Below are positions 38,301-53,300 of a stretch of 64,000 nucleotides of DNA, piece by piece; the stretch's first letter is position 1; each line of letters starts with the position of its first letter. The notes beneath the pieces were generated by a model, which saw only the letters and a program-made list of their open reading frames with translations, was not told where the DNA came from and did not search any database. The stretch comes from Malacoraja senta. Its lineage: Eukaryota. The stretch lies in assembly GCA_038087875.1 (NCBI GenBank), contig JAXLNO010000170.1, positions 1-64,000 on the forward strand, given 5' to 3'. The position numbers were made by a program, and so were the translations under genes.

Positions 38301-41300
38301 CTCTAACTTCAAGTAACCCTTGCTTTCCCTCTCTTTCCATCCCTCCCCCACCCTAGTCATGTTACTAGTTTCACTGTCGTTCTGGTGAGTTTCATTGTCT
38401 GTATAATGAACCCCCTTTGACACCTTTAGTAACCAAGAATCTTTCTATCTCTGCCTTAAAAATATCCATTGACGGCCTCCACAGTCTTCTGTGGCAATGA
38501 ATTCCACAGATTCAACATCATCTGGCTAAAGAAGTTCCTTATCATCTCCTTTCTAAAGGAACGTCCTTTAATTCTGAGGCTTTGACTGGACCGAGACTCT
38601 CCCACCAGTGGAAACATCCTCTCCATATCCACTCTATCCAAGCCTTTCACTTCAAGTTAAAGTTGTTGCAAGCGTGGGATTTGTTGGCAAACTCGTTCAC
38701 AATGAGGTCACAGCCCCAGAATAAAAGGGCGTTCCTTTAGGAAGGGGACGAGGAGGAATTTCTTTACTCAGAGGGTGGTGAATCTGTGGAATTCATTGCC
38801 ACAGAAGGCTGTGGAGGCCAAGTCAATGGATATTTTTAAGGCAGACAAAGATAGATTCCTGATTAGTTTGGATGTCAGGAGTTATGGGGAGAAGTCAGGA
38901 GAATGGGGTTAGGAGGGAGAGATAGATCAGCAACGATTGAATAGCGGAGTGGACTTGATGGGCCAAATGGCCTAATTCTGCCCCTATCACTTATGAACCA
39001 TGACTGTAGTCCTTATATAAAAAGATGTTTAAATCTTTAATACTCACCATACCATACTGCGAAAAAGGCAAAGAAGATTATGACCACAATGACGAACAAA
39101 GGGACCAGTATGCTCCAGGTTAGAATAGTCACGTAGCAACCTTCATCTGAAATAAAAAATACATAAGCGAATTGTGCAAAATGTATGTGTTCAGTTTTGT
39201 TTAGTTAATTATTGTCACGTGTACCAAGGTACTTTGAAAAGCATTTTGTTGCGTGCTATCCAGTCAGTGTAAAGACTATACATAGTTACAATCAAGCTGT
39301 CCACAGTGTACAGATACAGGATAAAGGGAATAACAACAGAAGGAGGAAACCGGAGATCCCGGAGAAAACCCACGCAGGTCACAGGGAGAACATACAAACT
39401 CTGTACAGATAGCACCCGTAGTCGGGATCGAACTCGAGTGCTGTGAGGCAGCAACTCTACCACTGCGCCACCGTGCCACTCCAAATTTAATTACGGTTGG
39501 TGTAATTTAGTTTTGTTTAATTTACTTCAGTTTGGTTTAGTTTATTTGGTTTGGTTATTTTGGTTTGGTTAAGTTTAGTTTAGTTTATTATTGTCACGTG
39601 TACCAAGGTGCAATGAGAAGCTTTTTGTTGCCTGCCATCCAGTCAGTGAAAAGACAATACATGATTACAATCAAGCCGTCCCCAGTGTACAGATACAGGA
39701 TCAAGGGAATAACGTTTAGTGCAAGATAAAGTCCGATTAATGATAGGTCTCCAATGAAGTAGATGGGAGGTCAGGACCGCTCTCTAGTTGGTGAGAGGAC
39801 GGTTCAGTTACCTGATAACAGTTGGGAAGAAACTGTCCCTGAATCTGGAGGTGTGCGTTTTCACACTTCTGTACCTCTTGCCTGAAGGGAGAGGGGAGAA
39901 GAGGGAGTGGCCGGGGTGAGACTGGTCCTTGATGATGCTGCTGGCCTTGCCGAGGCAGCGTGAGGTGTAGTCAATGGAAGGGAGGTTGAAGGTTAGCAGT
40001 AGCATTGTCAGCTCAATCTATACTGCAGCTTGAGCACAGAAACAATCGTGAGGCACGGTGGCACAGCGGTAGAGTTGCTGCCTTGCAGTGCCAGAGTCCC
40101 AGGTTCGATCCTGACCACGGGTGCTGTCTTTACAGAGTTTTTACATTCTCCCCTTGTCCTGCGTGGGTTTTCTTCACTTTCAAAAGAGAGTTAGATTTAG
40201 CTCTTAGGGCTAAGGGAATCAAGGGATATGGGGAAAAAGCCGGAACGGGATACTGATTGTGGATGATCAACCATGATCATATTGAATGGCGGTGCTGTCA
40301 CGAACGGATGAATGGCCTACTCCAGCACCTATTTTCTATATTTCTATCTTCAGTTTCCTCTCACACTTACAAAGGCGTGCATGTTTGTAGGTTAATTAGC
40401 TTGATATAAGTGTAGATTGTCCCTAGTGTGTGCAGGATAGTGTTAGAGTGCAGGGGATCGCTGGTCGGCGCGGACTCGGTGGGCCGAAGGGCCTGTTTCC
40501 GCGCTGTATCTCTAAACTAAACTAAATATTTGGAATGGAATGGAAATATCAGGGCAAATGGGACTCGCTCCGAGTGCCAACTTGTTCAGCACGGACAAGT
40601 TGGCACTCAATGACAGGATTTATTTCAAGAGGGCTTGTACACAAAAACAGGGATCTATAAGGCGCTGGTCAGACCACATTTGGAATATCTGAGGCAGGAT
40701 GTGCTGGCTCTGGAGAAGGTCCAGAGGAGGTTTACAAGAATGATCCCAGGAATGAGTGGGTTAACGTATGATGAGCGTTTGTCGGCACTGGGCCTGTACT
40801 CGCTGGAGTTTAGAAGAATGAGGGGGGGCCTCATTGAATCATCCAGAATAGTGAAAGGCATGGATAGAGTGGATGTGGAGAGGATGTTTCCACCAGTGGG
40901 AGAGTCTAGGACTAGAGGTCATAGCCTCAGAATTAAAGGACGTTCTTTTAGGAAGGAGATGAGGGGAAATTTCTTTCGTCAGAGGGTGGTGACTCTGTGG
41001 AGTTCTTTACCACAGAAGGCTGTGGTAAAGGAAGTGGCTGCGGATGTGGCTGCGCTGCCTTGCAGCTGCGGCTCGCCTGCAGTCCGTCTGGTTTAGCTTT
41101 TTTTTTTGTTTTCTTTTGTCCTGTTTGGTAAAATTTGGTTTATTGGGTTGTGTACGTGTGGGGGTGGGGGTGGGGGTGGGGGTGGGGGGGGGGTGAAACA
41201 TTATTTTTGTCTCTTCCTTCGGGGGAATGCGACTTTTTCTTGTCGTATCCCCCTTCTCTGCCTCCGTCTGCGCTGAGGCCAAAATAGCGGAGCTGCTGGC

Positions 41301-44300
41301 CTCCAACTCCAACTGCGACCGACCGACCTCGAGGCTCCGGAGGCAGAGCCAGGACTTACCAGCATGAGGCTGGCCAACTTCGGGGCTGCGGTGGCGTTCC
41401 GGCAGTGGCGACCGAGGACACTGGTGGCGACCTGAGTCCGGAGGCTCGGCCGCGGGCCCGGTGGACGACATCATCGGGAGCTCACAGGTCACAGGTTGGT
41501 GATCTGTTTTTCTGGGGCTCCCGCAACTACAGCTGCGTCCGCTGGACTGGAGGGCGGCAGCTTCGGCCACCCCCGGGCCGCGGTGTTTGAACCGGCCCGT
41601 CGCGGACGGAGCACGGATTCAGCCGCGGGACTGACTTACCATCACCCAGCGGGGTCACAACATCAGAAGCCTGGATCGCCTCAGCGCAGAGGGAGAACAA
41701 AGAGGGAAGAGACAGAGACTTTAAGACTTTTGCCTCCATCACAGTGAGGAGGTGCCTGGTGAACTCACTGTGGTGGATGTTAATTTGTGTTTATTGTGTG
41801 TTTTGTTGTTTATGGTATGTATGACAGCAGGCAACGAAGTTTCGTTCAGACCGAAAGGTCTGAATGACAATAAAGGAATCTATCTATCTATCTATCTATC
41901 TGTGGAGGCCAAGTCAATGGATATTTTTAAGGCAAAGGTAGATAGATTCTTGATTAGTACGGGTGAAACATAGAAACAGAAAATAAGTGCAGGAGTATGC
42001 GATTCAGTCCTTCGAGCCAGCACCACCATTCAATGTGATCATGGCTGATCATCCAGAATCAGTACCCCGTTCCTGCTTTCTCCCTATATCTCTTGATTCC
42101 GTTAGCCCTAAGAGCTATTTCTAACTCTCTCTTTAAAACATCCAGTGATTTGGCCTCCACTGCCTTCCATGGCAGAGAATTCCACAGATTCACAACTCTC
42201 TGGGTGAAAAAGCTCTTCCTCATCTCAGTCCAAAATGACTTCCCCTTATTCTTAAACTGTGACCCCTGGTTCTGGACTCCCCCAACATCGGGAATATTTT
42301 TCCTACATCTAGCCTGTCCAATCCCTTAAGAATTTTATATGTTTCTATAAGATCCCCTCTCATCCTGTAAATTCCAGTGGGTGTCAGGGGTTATGGGGAG
42401 AAGGCAGGAGAATGGGGTTAGGAGGGAGAGATGGGTCAGCCATGATTGAATGGGGTAGTAGATTTGATGGGCTGAATGGCCTAATTCTACTCCTACAACC
42501 TATGACCTAATGACTTGTAAGGGGTTAAAGGGCCAGTTTCATGGCTCCCGGATGTGTGACAGTGGGCTGTTGCCAAACTTACTGCTCTGTTGAATCTCTT
42601 CAAAGAGAGTGACAATCGAGGTGACGAGAACCAGGAAGGAGCTCACGATGCCACAAACGTCCATCCAGGCCCGTAGACCTGTGGGGTGCAGAGGGCGGAA
42701 TGGGTTAGGAGAACGGTCTCACCGTCCGAGAGTGGCATTCTACCCGGTTAATGGCCTTCTCCTTACCTGTGGAGTCCAGGAGACCCGCGATGCATTGGCA
42801 GCCCAAGTTCCAAACAGTGATGGTCAACGACAGGTTGAAAACCAGGAGGACAGATGCAGTGCAGGAAGCAACCACAGACACTGAGGCTGGTCCTAGAATA
42901 ACGATGCATAGCAATGGAAGGGAGGTTAAATCACTAGGCTGCACTAATACCATTCATCAACACCTACTCACACTTTACTGTCTTTGGTTGTTGCTCAAAC
43001 TGGAACATTTGTGGCAGCACGGTGGCGCAGCAGTAGAGTTGCTGCCTCACAGCGCTTACAGAGACCCGGGTTCCATCCTGACTGCGGGTGTTGTCTGTAC
43101 GGAGTTTGTATATTCTCCCCGTGACCTGCGTGGGTTTTCTCCGAGATTGTCGATTTCCAGCCACACTCCAAAGACGTGCAGGTTTGTAGGTTAATTGACT
43201 TGGTGTAAGTGTAAATTGTCCCTAGTGTGTGTAGGATAGTTCAGTTTTGAGATACAGTGCGGAAACACGCCCTTCGGCCCACCAAGTCCGCACCGACCCG
43301 ACACACACCGGGTACAATTTTTACATTTATTACAAGCCAATAACCTACAAACATGTACGTCTTTGGAGCATGGGAGGAAACTGCGTGGGTTTTCTGCGGG
43401 TGCACCGGCTCCCTCCCACACTCCAAAGACATACATGTTTGTACGGGGAGCACGGACAAACTCTGTACAGACAGCACCCGTAGTCAGGATTGAATCTGGG
43501 TCTCCAACGACGAACAGGTTTGCAGGTAAATTGGCTTGGTAAATGTAAAAATTGTCCTTAGTGTGTGTGTGATTGTATTAATATGTGGGGATCGCTGGTC
43601 GGCATGAATCCGTTGGGCCGAAGGGCCTGTTTCCGTGCTGTACCTCTAAACCAAACTAAAAGTAATAGAAGGGTAGTTAAATCAACTGACTGCACTAATA
43701 CCATTCATAAACACCTTCTTTTATAAGGTCGTAAGTCATAAGTGATAGGAGTAGAATTGGGCCATTCGGCCCATGAAGTCTACTCCATCATTCAATCATG
43801 GCTGATCTACCTTTCCCTCCCAACCCGATTCTCCTGCCTTCTCCCCATAACCTCTGACACCCGTACTAATCAAGAATCCATCTATCTCTGCCTTGAAAAT
43901 ATCCACTGACTTGGCCTCCACAGCCTTCTGTGGCAAAGAATTCTACAGGTTCACCACCCTCTGAGTGAAGAAACTCCTCCTCATCTCCTTCCTAAAACCT
44001 CTGGTTTGTGATTCCCCTACTCTGAGCAAGAGACCCTGTGTGTCTACTCTAACAATTCCTCTCATGATTTTAATACACCTCTATAAGATCACCCCTCATC
44101 CTCCAGCACTCCAAGGAATAGAGTCCCAGCCTACTCAACTTCTCCTTGTAGCTCAGGGCCTCGAGTCCTGGCAACATCCTCGTAAAGCTTCACTGGACAC
44201 TTTCCAAATTTACAACATCGGGTGGCACAGTGGCGCAGCGGGTAGAGTTGCTGCCTTACAGCACCAGTGTCCTGGGTTCAATCCTGACCTTGGGTGCGGT

Positions 44301-47300
44301 CTGTATGGAGTTTGTACATTCTCCCTGTGACCTGCGTGGGTTTTCTCCGAGTGCTCCGGTTTCCTCCCGCATTCCAAAGATGTACAGGTTTGCAGGTTAA
44401 TTGGCTTAAAATATATATATATAAATTGACCCTAGTGTGTGTAGGATAGTGTCATTGTATGGGGATCGCTGGTCAGCGCGGACTCCATGGGACGAAGGGC
44501 CTGTTTCCACGCTGTATCACTAAACTAAATCAATAGCATGGTGCCCAACACTGAACACTGTACCCTCAATGTGGCCTCACCATCGTCTTACTCAACTGCT
44601 ACATGACCTCCCAACCTCTATGCTCAATATTATGACTGAAGAAGGCCAATGTGCCTCTTAGAGTCAGAGAGTCAGAGAGCGATACAGTGTGGAAACAGGC
44701 CCTTCGACCCAACTTGCCCACACCGGCCAACATGTCCCAGCTACACTAGTCCCACTTGCCTGCGCTTGGTCCATATCCCTCCAAACCTGTCCTATCCATG
44801 TACCTATCCAACTGTTTCTTAAACGTTGAGATAGTCCCAGCCTCAACTACCTCCGCTGGCAGCTCGTTCCATACACCCACCACCCTTTGTGTGGAAAAGT
44901 TACCAACTCAGATTCCTATTAAATCTTTTCCCTTTCACCTTGAACCTGTGTCCTCTGGTCCGCGATTCACCTACTCTGGGCAAGAGACTCTGTGCGTCTA
45001 CTCGATTTATTCCTCTCTTGCTTGCTCACATATCTGTTTCAGGTCAATAATTTGGGCACATACCTCTGATCACAATCCAGAAAATAAGGGCAATGCAGAT
45101 GGCGACAAGAGAGATAGTGTTTGAGGAAAACAAGAGTAGCAACAATCGTTTGTGCTGTTTCAGCGAAGCTGTGGAGAAACAAACATTAAGGTAGGTTTAA
45201 GTTGAGGTTTGTTATTACCACGTATACCGAGGTACAGTGAAAAGCTTCTTTTTGTATGCTACCCAATAAAAATGAGATAACGTGTTGGAAGGAACAGCAG
45301 ATGCTGGTTTACACTGAAGATAGACACAAAATGCTGGAGTAACTCAGCAGGACAGGCAGCATCTCTGGAGAGCAGGAATGGGTGACGTTTCAGGTCGAGA
45401 CCCTTACTCAGCCTGTACTATGCACAAACACAATCAAGCCAAACTCAAGTACTATAGGTAGAGCAAAGGGGAAGGTGCAGAGTGCAGAATATAGTTCTCA
45501 GCATTGTAGGAAGGAACTGCAGATGCTGGTTTACACCGAAGATAGACACATAATTCTGGAGTAACACGACGGATTAAGCAGCAACTCCGGAGAGAAGGAA
45601 TGGGCAACGTTTTGGGTCGAGACCCTTCTTCACCCATACCTTCTCTCCAGAGATGCTGCCTAACCTGCTGAGTTACTCCAGCATTTTGTGTCTTTTCTCA
45701 GCATTGTAGCGCATCAGTTCCAGAGACAAAATCCAATGTCCGCAATGGGGTAGAGGAGAATCAGACAGTACCCTAGCTGATGGAAGGACCATTCAGAAGC
45801 CTGATAACAGAGAGGAAGAAGCAGTTCCTTAGTCTGTTGTTGCGCGCTTTCAAGCTTCTGTACCTTCTGCTGGACGGGAGCGGGGAGAAGAAGGAATGAC
45901 TGGGGTGGGACAAGTCTTTGAATATGTCGGCGGCTTTTCCGAGGCAGCGTGACGTGTAGATGGAGTTGATGGTGGGGACCCTGGTCTGTGTGATGGACTG
46001 GGCTACATCCACAACTGTCCGCAATTTCTTGCGGTCTTGGGCAGAGCTGTTCCCAAACCAAGCTGTGATGCAACCCGACAGTATGTATTCTATGGTGCAT
46101 CTGTAGATGTCTAAGAGTCATTGGAGACATGCAAAATGTCCTCAGTCTTTCTCCAGAAATAGAGGCGTTACGGTGATGCAGCGGTAGAGTTGCTGCCTCA
46201 CAGTGCCAGAGACCCGGGTTCGATCCCGACTACGGGTGCTGTCTGTACGGAGTTTGTATGTTCTCCCCGTGACCTGCATGGGTTTTCTCCGAGATCTCTG
46301 GTTTCCTCCCACACTCCAAAGACGTGCAGGTTTGTAGGTTGATTGACTTTGGTAAAAATTGTAAATTGTCCCCAGTGCGTGTAGGATGGTGTTAGTGTGC
46401 GGGGATCGCTGGTCGGCGAGGACTGGGTGAGCTGAAGGGACTGTTTCCGCGCTGTATCCCTAAACTGAACCCAGAGCGCCACCTGTCCACGTTCTCCAGA
46501 GATGCTGCCTGACTCACTGAGTTACTCCAGCACTGTGTATAGGTTTTGCAGCATCTTACTATCAGATTAATTGATTTGGGTTCCCTTGGTTAATAGGAGT
46601 AAACTAGACTCATTTAACAAATACCTTGTACCAATTCTTTCCCGGTGATGCAGAGTACCAGCAGTCCAATCAACGACATTGTAGAGAATATTATTCCCAC
46701 AATAGATGCCACAATAACAACGATATCCATTCGATGAAGGCCTGCAAAATAAAACTTCCATATTAGGATCATAAAGGGATTCCCAGAGAAAATAGGTAGA
46801 TATGTGGTCATAAAGGCTTTTGGCCTTCATCAGTCAGAGCATTGAGTTTAGAAGTCGGGAGGTCATGTTGCAGTTGTATAAGACGTTGGTGAGGCCGCAT
46901 TCTCCTGCCTTCTCCCCATAACCCCTGACATCCTAATTTGGAATCTATCTATCTCTGCCTTAAAAATATCCTTGACGGCTTCCACGGCCTTCTGTGGCAA
47001 TGAATTCCACAGATTAGCCACATCTCTGAGCCCTATTTGAATGGTGGAATAGACTTGATGGGCTGTAGGGTCTAATTCTGCTCCTATCACATTGACTTAA
47101 TCCATGGACAGATTTTACTAAGGGGAAGTCAATGGGTTGGTTCCATAATGTTGCCAGATGCAATCTCACATGGAACTGATTCTGTACCAGTATCATCAAA
47201 GATGCCATAAACATGCTCAGGGGGTAAATAAATCTGCCCTTTGTCATTTCAATAATGCCATCCTCCTTTGTTGAAGCAATGGCCAAGAAAGCACACCAGC

Positions 47301-50300
47301 GCCTGTACTTCCTTGGAAGGCTCAGGAAGTTCAGCATGTCCCCAACTTTCACCAACTTCTACAGATGCGCCACAGAATTGCATTTTACCAGGATGCAGCA
47401 CAGCACGGTTTTGAAACGGCTCCAAAAACATCCAAGACTGCAATAAATCGCAGAGAATTGTGGACGCAGCCCAGACCATCACACAAACCAACATCCCTTC
47501 CATCGACTCCATCTACACCTCACGCTGCCTCGGCAAGGCCAGCAACATAATCAAGGACCAGTCACACCCCGGCCATTCCCTCTTCTCCCCTCTCCCATCG
47601 GGCAAGAGGTGCAGAAGTGTGAAAAAGCGCACCTCCAGATTCAAGGACAGTTTCGTCCCTGCTGTTATCAGGCAACTGAATCGTCCTCTCACCAACTAGA
47701 GTGGACGGCTGTATTGTAATCATTTCATAATCTTTCCACTGACTGGATAGCACGCAACAAAAGCTTTTCACTGTACCTTGGTACACGTGACAATAATAAA
47801 CCAAATTAAACTAGACTAAACTAAATTGCACCAAACGTAACTAAATTTGAGCGGCACGGTGGCACAGCGGTAGAGTTGCTGCCTCACAGCGCTAGAGACC
47901 CAGGTTCAATCCTGACTACGGGTGTTGTCTGTACAGAGTTTGTACATTCTACCCGTGACCTGCGTGGGTTTCCTCCGGGTGCTCCGGTTTCCTCCCACAC
48001 TCCAAAGATGTGCAGGTTTGTAGGTTAATTAGCTTGGTATAAGCCTAGTGTGTGTTGGCTAGTGTTCGTGTGTGGGGATTGCTGGTCAGCGCGGACTCAA
48101 TGGGCTGAAAGGCCTGTTTTCGTGCTGTATCTCTAAACTAAACTAAAGTGAACTAAACCATTTCCACAGGCCTACACCACCTTCCCATAGTCTGTTGACC
48201 AGAATGTACACAAAAACTGTGTATATAGTGAGTAATATTGTGAGTAATTTTAGGCCCCATATCTGAGGAAGGATGTGTTGGCTCTGGTTCCAGAGGAGAT
48301 TTACGTATGATCACAAGAATAAGTCGGTTAACATATGATGAGCGTTTGACGGCACTGGGCCTGTACTCGCTGGAGTTTAGACGGATGAGAGGCGACCTCA
48401 TTGAAAGTGCAGGTTAATTGGCTTTGGTGAATTGTAAATTGTCCCCAGTGTGTGTAGGATAGTGCTAGTGTGCGGGGTGATCGCCAGTCGGCATGGACTC
48501 GATGGGCAGAACGGCCCGTTCCCGCATTGTATCTCTAAAGTCGGAAGTACCGTATCATCGGCAAAGCAAACTTACCGTGAATGGTGAGGATGTACTCTGC
48601 TGAGACAGAGCTGACAGGATTGCTGACAGTACAAGTGTAAATACCGCAGTCCTTTCTGGCCACATGCGGCAGCACTAGGCTTCTGTTCCCCTCTACCAGG
48701 TGAGGATGGGGGATGTCAATTCCATCTTTCTGCCACTGATATCTACGAGCATCTCCCTTGACGTTACAATCGAGCTGGATGGTGGCGCCGGGAGAACTGC
48801 CGTTGCTCCATATCGATGGGTTCGACAGCCTCTCTGGTGGAGAAATGAGGTGCAATGTCTGAACAAGGGTCTCGACCCGATACGTCACCCATTCCTTCTC
48901 TCTAGAGATGCTGCCTGTCCCGCTGAGTTACTCCAGCATTTTGTGTCTATCTTTGGTGTAAACCAGCATCTGCAGTTCCTTCCTACACATGCAATGTTTC
49001 CAATGGACTTGTAATAGACTTCATAAGGTCATGTGATACGATAGAATTAGGCCATTCGGCCCATCAAGTCAACTCCAACATTCAATCATGGCTGGACTAT
49101 CTCTCCCTCCTAACTCCATTCTCCTGCCTTATCCCCATAACCTCTGCCACCCAAATCAATCAAGAATCTACCTATCTCCGCGTTACAAATATCCATTGAC
49201 TTCTGTGGCAAATTCCACAGATTCACCACGCCATGACTAAAGACATTCCTCCTCCTCATCTCCTTCCGAAATGAACGTCCTTTAATTCTGAGGCTGTGCC
49301 CTCTGGTCTTAGACTCTCCCACTAGTGGAAACATCCTCTCCACATCTACTCTATCCAGGCCTTTCACTATTTGGTAATAGATAATAGACAATAGGCCAAA
49401 GGTGCAGGAGTAGACCATTCAGCCCTTCTAGCCAGCACCGCCATTCAATGTGATCATGGCTGATCATCCACAATCTGTACCCATTTCCTGCCTTCTCCCC
49501 ATATCCCCTGACTACGCTATCTTTAAGAGCCCTATCTTTTTTTTTTTTATTAATATTTTTATTAGAAGCAAATAAAGTATAGTAACATATTATAATAGAA
49601 AAAAAACCGTTTCATATACATCAATCATACATTATTAAAATTGTCAATTGTCAACTAATTCTGCTTCTAGTGTTTTTTTTTAATATAGATAGAAAAAGAG
49701 AGGTAGAAAGAAAAAAGCATTACAAATATCGAGAAAAAAGAAAGAAAAAGAGGTGGAATGAGTTATTTATAATACGTCATTGGAGATAAGTTCGTAGGTT
49801 ATGATAATTTTACATCTAATCCTGAGTTCAAGCTTCAGTTGGGTTTTCGTGCTGGGCCCATCTATCCCTTCAAATAGTTAATGAATGGAGCCCATATTTT
49901 AACAAAAAGTTATTGTTTATCCATTAAGACAAGTCTAATTCTTTCTAGATGTAGGGTCTCCGACATTTCCACAATCCACATTTTAATTGTGGGGGTTATA
50001 GGACCTTTCCAAAATTTTAATATTAATTTTTTCCCTGTTATTATACTGTAGTCAAGGAAGTTTCTTTGACTTGTTGTGAGTATTAAACTTTGTTCTGATA
50101 TCCCAAGTATTATTAATTTTGAGTCTGGATCCAATTTAGTATTAACAACTTCAGAAATTATTTCAAAAATATCAATCCAGAATTTTTTGATTTTTATACA
50201 ATTTGCAAAAGTATGTGTTAAATTGGCCTCCAGATGTAGGCATTTATCACAAATAGGAGAAATATGTGGGAAGATTCTATTTAGTTTTATTTTGGAATAA

Positions 50301-53300
50301 TGTAATCTGTGTAAGACTTTAAATTGTATTAAAGCATGTCTGGCATTTAACGAGCATTGATGTATATGTTGTAAACTTTCGTCCCAAATGTCTTTCGTTA
50401 TAGAGTGACCTAACTCATTTTCCCATGTTTGTCTATATAGTTCCATCGGTGGTACCTCATTGTTTAAGAGGATGTTATAGATATAAGCTATTAATTTTTC
50501 AGTGTTAGGATGCTTATTCAAACATTCATCAAGAATTTCGGGTTCCCTAGTCCTATATACTTGTGTATTAGATTTAACATAATCTCTAATTTGTAGATAT
50601 CTGAAAAAATTATTTGAGTGTAGTCCATAATTCTGTTGCAACTCTTGAAATGACAGAAAGATGCCTTCCCTATAAAGATGTCCAATCTTTTTAATCCCAT
50701 AATTTTTCCATTGTATAAAACCTCTATCCAATATGGATGGTTTGAATAAAGGATTATTTACAATGGGAAGACATAGTGGTATATTATTCAGTTTTAAAGC
50801 TTTTTTTAATTGTTTCCAAATTCGTATTCCACTATGTATTATAGGGTTTTCCTTATAGGTTTTTTTATGCAATTTTGTGGGAGCAAGTATAATCGAACCA
50901 ATTTCAAAAGGTAAACAATCTTCCTTTTCCATCCTTAACCAATCTGGATATTGATCCATTTCTTCCAGCCAGAAATTCATGTTTTTAATATAGACTGCCC
51001 AAAAATAAAATAAGAAATTTGGCAAAGCCAAACCTCCGTTGCTCTTTGACTTACATAAATGTTTTTTACTTATTCTATGATTCTTATAATCCCAAATAAA
51101 GCTTGTAACAATGGAGTCGACTTTTTTGAAAACATTTTTTGGAATATATATCGGAATTAATTGAAATAGATACAGTAGTTGCGGTAAGAAGATCATTTTT
51201 ATAGCATTAATTCTACCAAGCATTGAAATGGGAATTGTTTTCCAGTACTGAATATTCTTGTGTAATTTATTAAGTAAGGGTGGAAAATTTAGTTGAAATA
51301 AAGAGGCATATGTCTTAGTTACATAGATTCCTAAATATTTAAGTTTATCTTAACTATTTTAAAAGGGGATTGTTGCAATGTATTTGAATTGAATTTTGTT
51401 ATTGGCATGATTTCACTTTTATTCCAGTTAATTCTATATCCTGAGAACTGACCAAATTGAGTTATTAGATTTAATAGATTTGGAATACTAGTTTCTAACT
51501 TTGTGATATATATTAGTACATCATCTGCATATAAGGAAATTTTATTCCTTGTATCTCTAGTGTTGTACCCGTGTATTCCTGGATGCACGGGTACAACACC
51601 CATTCCTTCTCTCTAGAGATGCTGCCTGTCCCGCTGAGTTACTCCAGCATTTCGTGTCAATCTTCGGTTTAAACCAGCATCTGCAGTTCCTTCCTACACA
51701 TGCAATTTTTCCACTGAAGTCTATTCCATGTAATAGACTTCGTAAGTTCATAGGTTATAGGAGCAGAATTAGGCCATTCGGCCCATCGAGCCTCCTCCGC
51801 CATTCAATCATGGCTGATCTATCTCTCCCTCCTAACCCCATTCTCCTGCCTTACCCCCATAACCTCTGCCACCCAAACCAATCAAGAATCTACCTATCTC
51901 CGCGTTACAAATATCCATTGACTTCTGTGGCAAATTCCACAGATTCACCACGCCATGACTAAAAACATTCCTCCTCCTCATCTCCTTCCGAAAGGAACGT
52001 CCTTTAATTCTGAGGCTGTGCCCTCTGGTCTTAGACTCTCCCACTAGTGGAAACATCCTCTCCACATCTACTCTATCCAGGCCTTTCACTATTTGGTAAT
52101 AGATAATAGACAATAGGCAAAAGGTGCAGGAGTAGGCCATTCGGCCCTTCGAGCCAGCACCGCCATTCAATGTGATCATGGCTGATCATCCACAATCTGT
52201 ACCCCGTTCCTGCCTTCTCCCCATATCCCCTGACTACACTATCTTTAAGAGCCCTATCTAGCGCTCTCTTGAAAGTATCCAGCGATCCGGCCTCCACCAA
52301 CCTCTGAGGCAGAGAATTCCACAGACTCACAACTCTCTGTGTGAAAAAGTGTTTCCTCATCTCGGTTCTACAAGGCTTACCCCTTAGTATTAAACTGTGG
52401 CTGCTGGTTCTGGACTCCCCCAACGTCGGGAACATGTTTCCTGCCTCTAGCATGTCCAAACACTTAATAATCTTATATGTTTCAATAAGATCCCCTTTCA
52501 TTCTTTTAAATTCCAGAGTATACAAGCCAGCCGCTCCATTCTCTCAGCATATGACAGTCCCGCCATCCCGGGAATTAACCTTGTAAACCTACGCTGCACT
52601 CCTCAATAGCAAGAATGTCCTTCCTCAAATTTGGAGACCAAAACTGCACACAATATTCCATGTGTGGTCTCACTAGGGCTCTGTACAACTGCAGAAGGAC
52701 CACTTTGCTCCTTTACTCAACTCCTCTTGTTATGAAACCCAACATGCCATTCGCTTTCTTCACTGCCTGCTGTACCTACATGCTTACTTTTATTGACTGA
52801 TGAACAAGGACCCCCAGATCCCGTTGTACTTCACTTTTCCCCAACTTGACACCTTTTAGATAATAATCTTCCTTCCTGTTTTTGCTGCCAAAGTGGTTAA
52901 CCTCACATTTATCCACGTTAAAATTCATCTGCCATGCATCTGCCCACTCCCCCAACCTGTCCAAGTCACCCTGCATTCTCACAGCATCCTCCTCACAGTT
53001 CACACTGCCACCCAGTATTGTGTCATCTGCAAATTTGCTAATGTTACTTGTAATCCCTTCATCTAAATCATTAATATATATTGTAAATAGCTGCGGTTCC
53101 AGCACCGAGCCTTGCAGTAGCCCACTAGTCACTGCCTGCCATTCTGAAAGGGACCCGTTAATCCCTACTCTTTGTTTCCTGTCTGCCAACAAATGTTCTA
53201 TCCATGTCAGCACTCTACCCCCAATACCATGTGCCCTAATTTTGCCCACTAATCTCCTATGTGGGACCTTATCAAATGCTTTCTGAAAGTCCAGGTACAC

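Noticed and set aside
46170..46240. tRNA-like sequences with A and B boxes
   Set aside because: They are SINE heads continuing into the V-domain core and LINE-like tail; no complete cloverleaf.
46567..46830. 87-aa ORF over the TM1 exon
   Set aside because: Wrong frame; the splice-compatible frame is the one in ORF 46614..46811.
49910..51223. Longest ORF (437 aa) as a host gene
   Set aside because: It is the C-terminal part of L1 ORF2, 5'-truncated and frameshifted.
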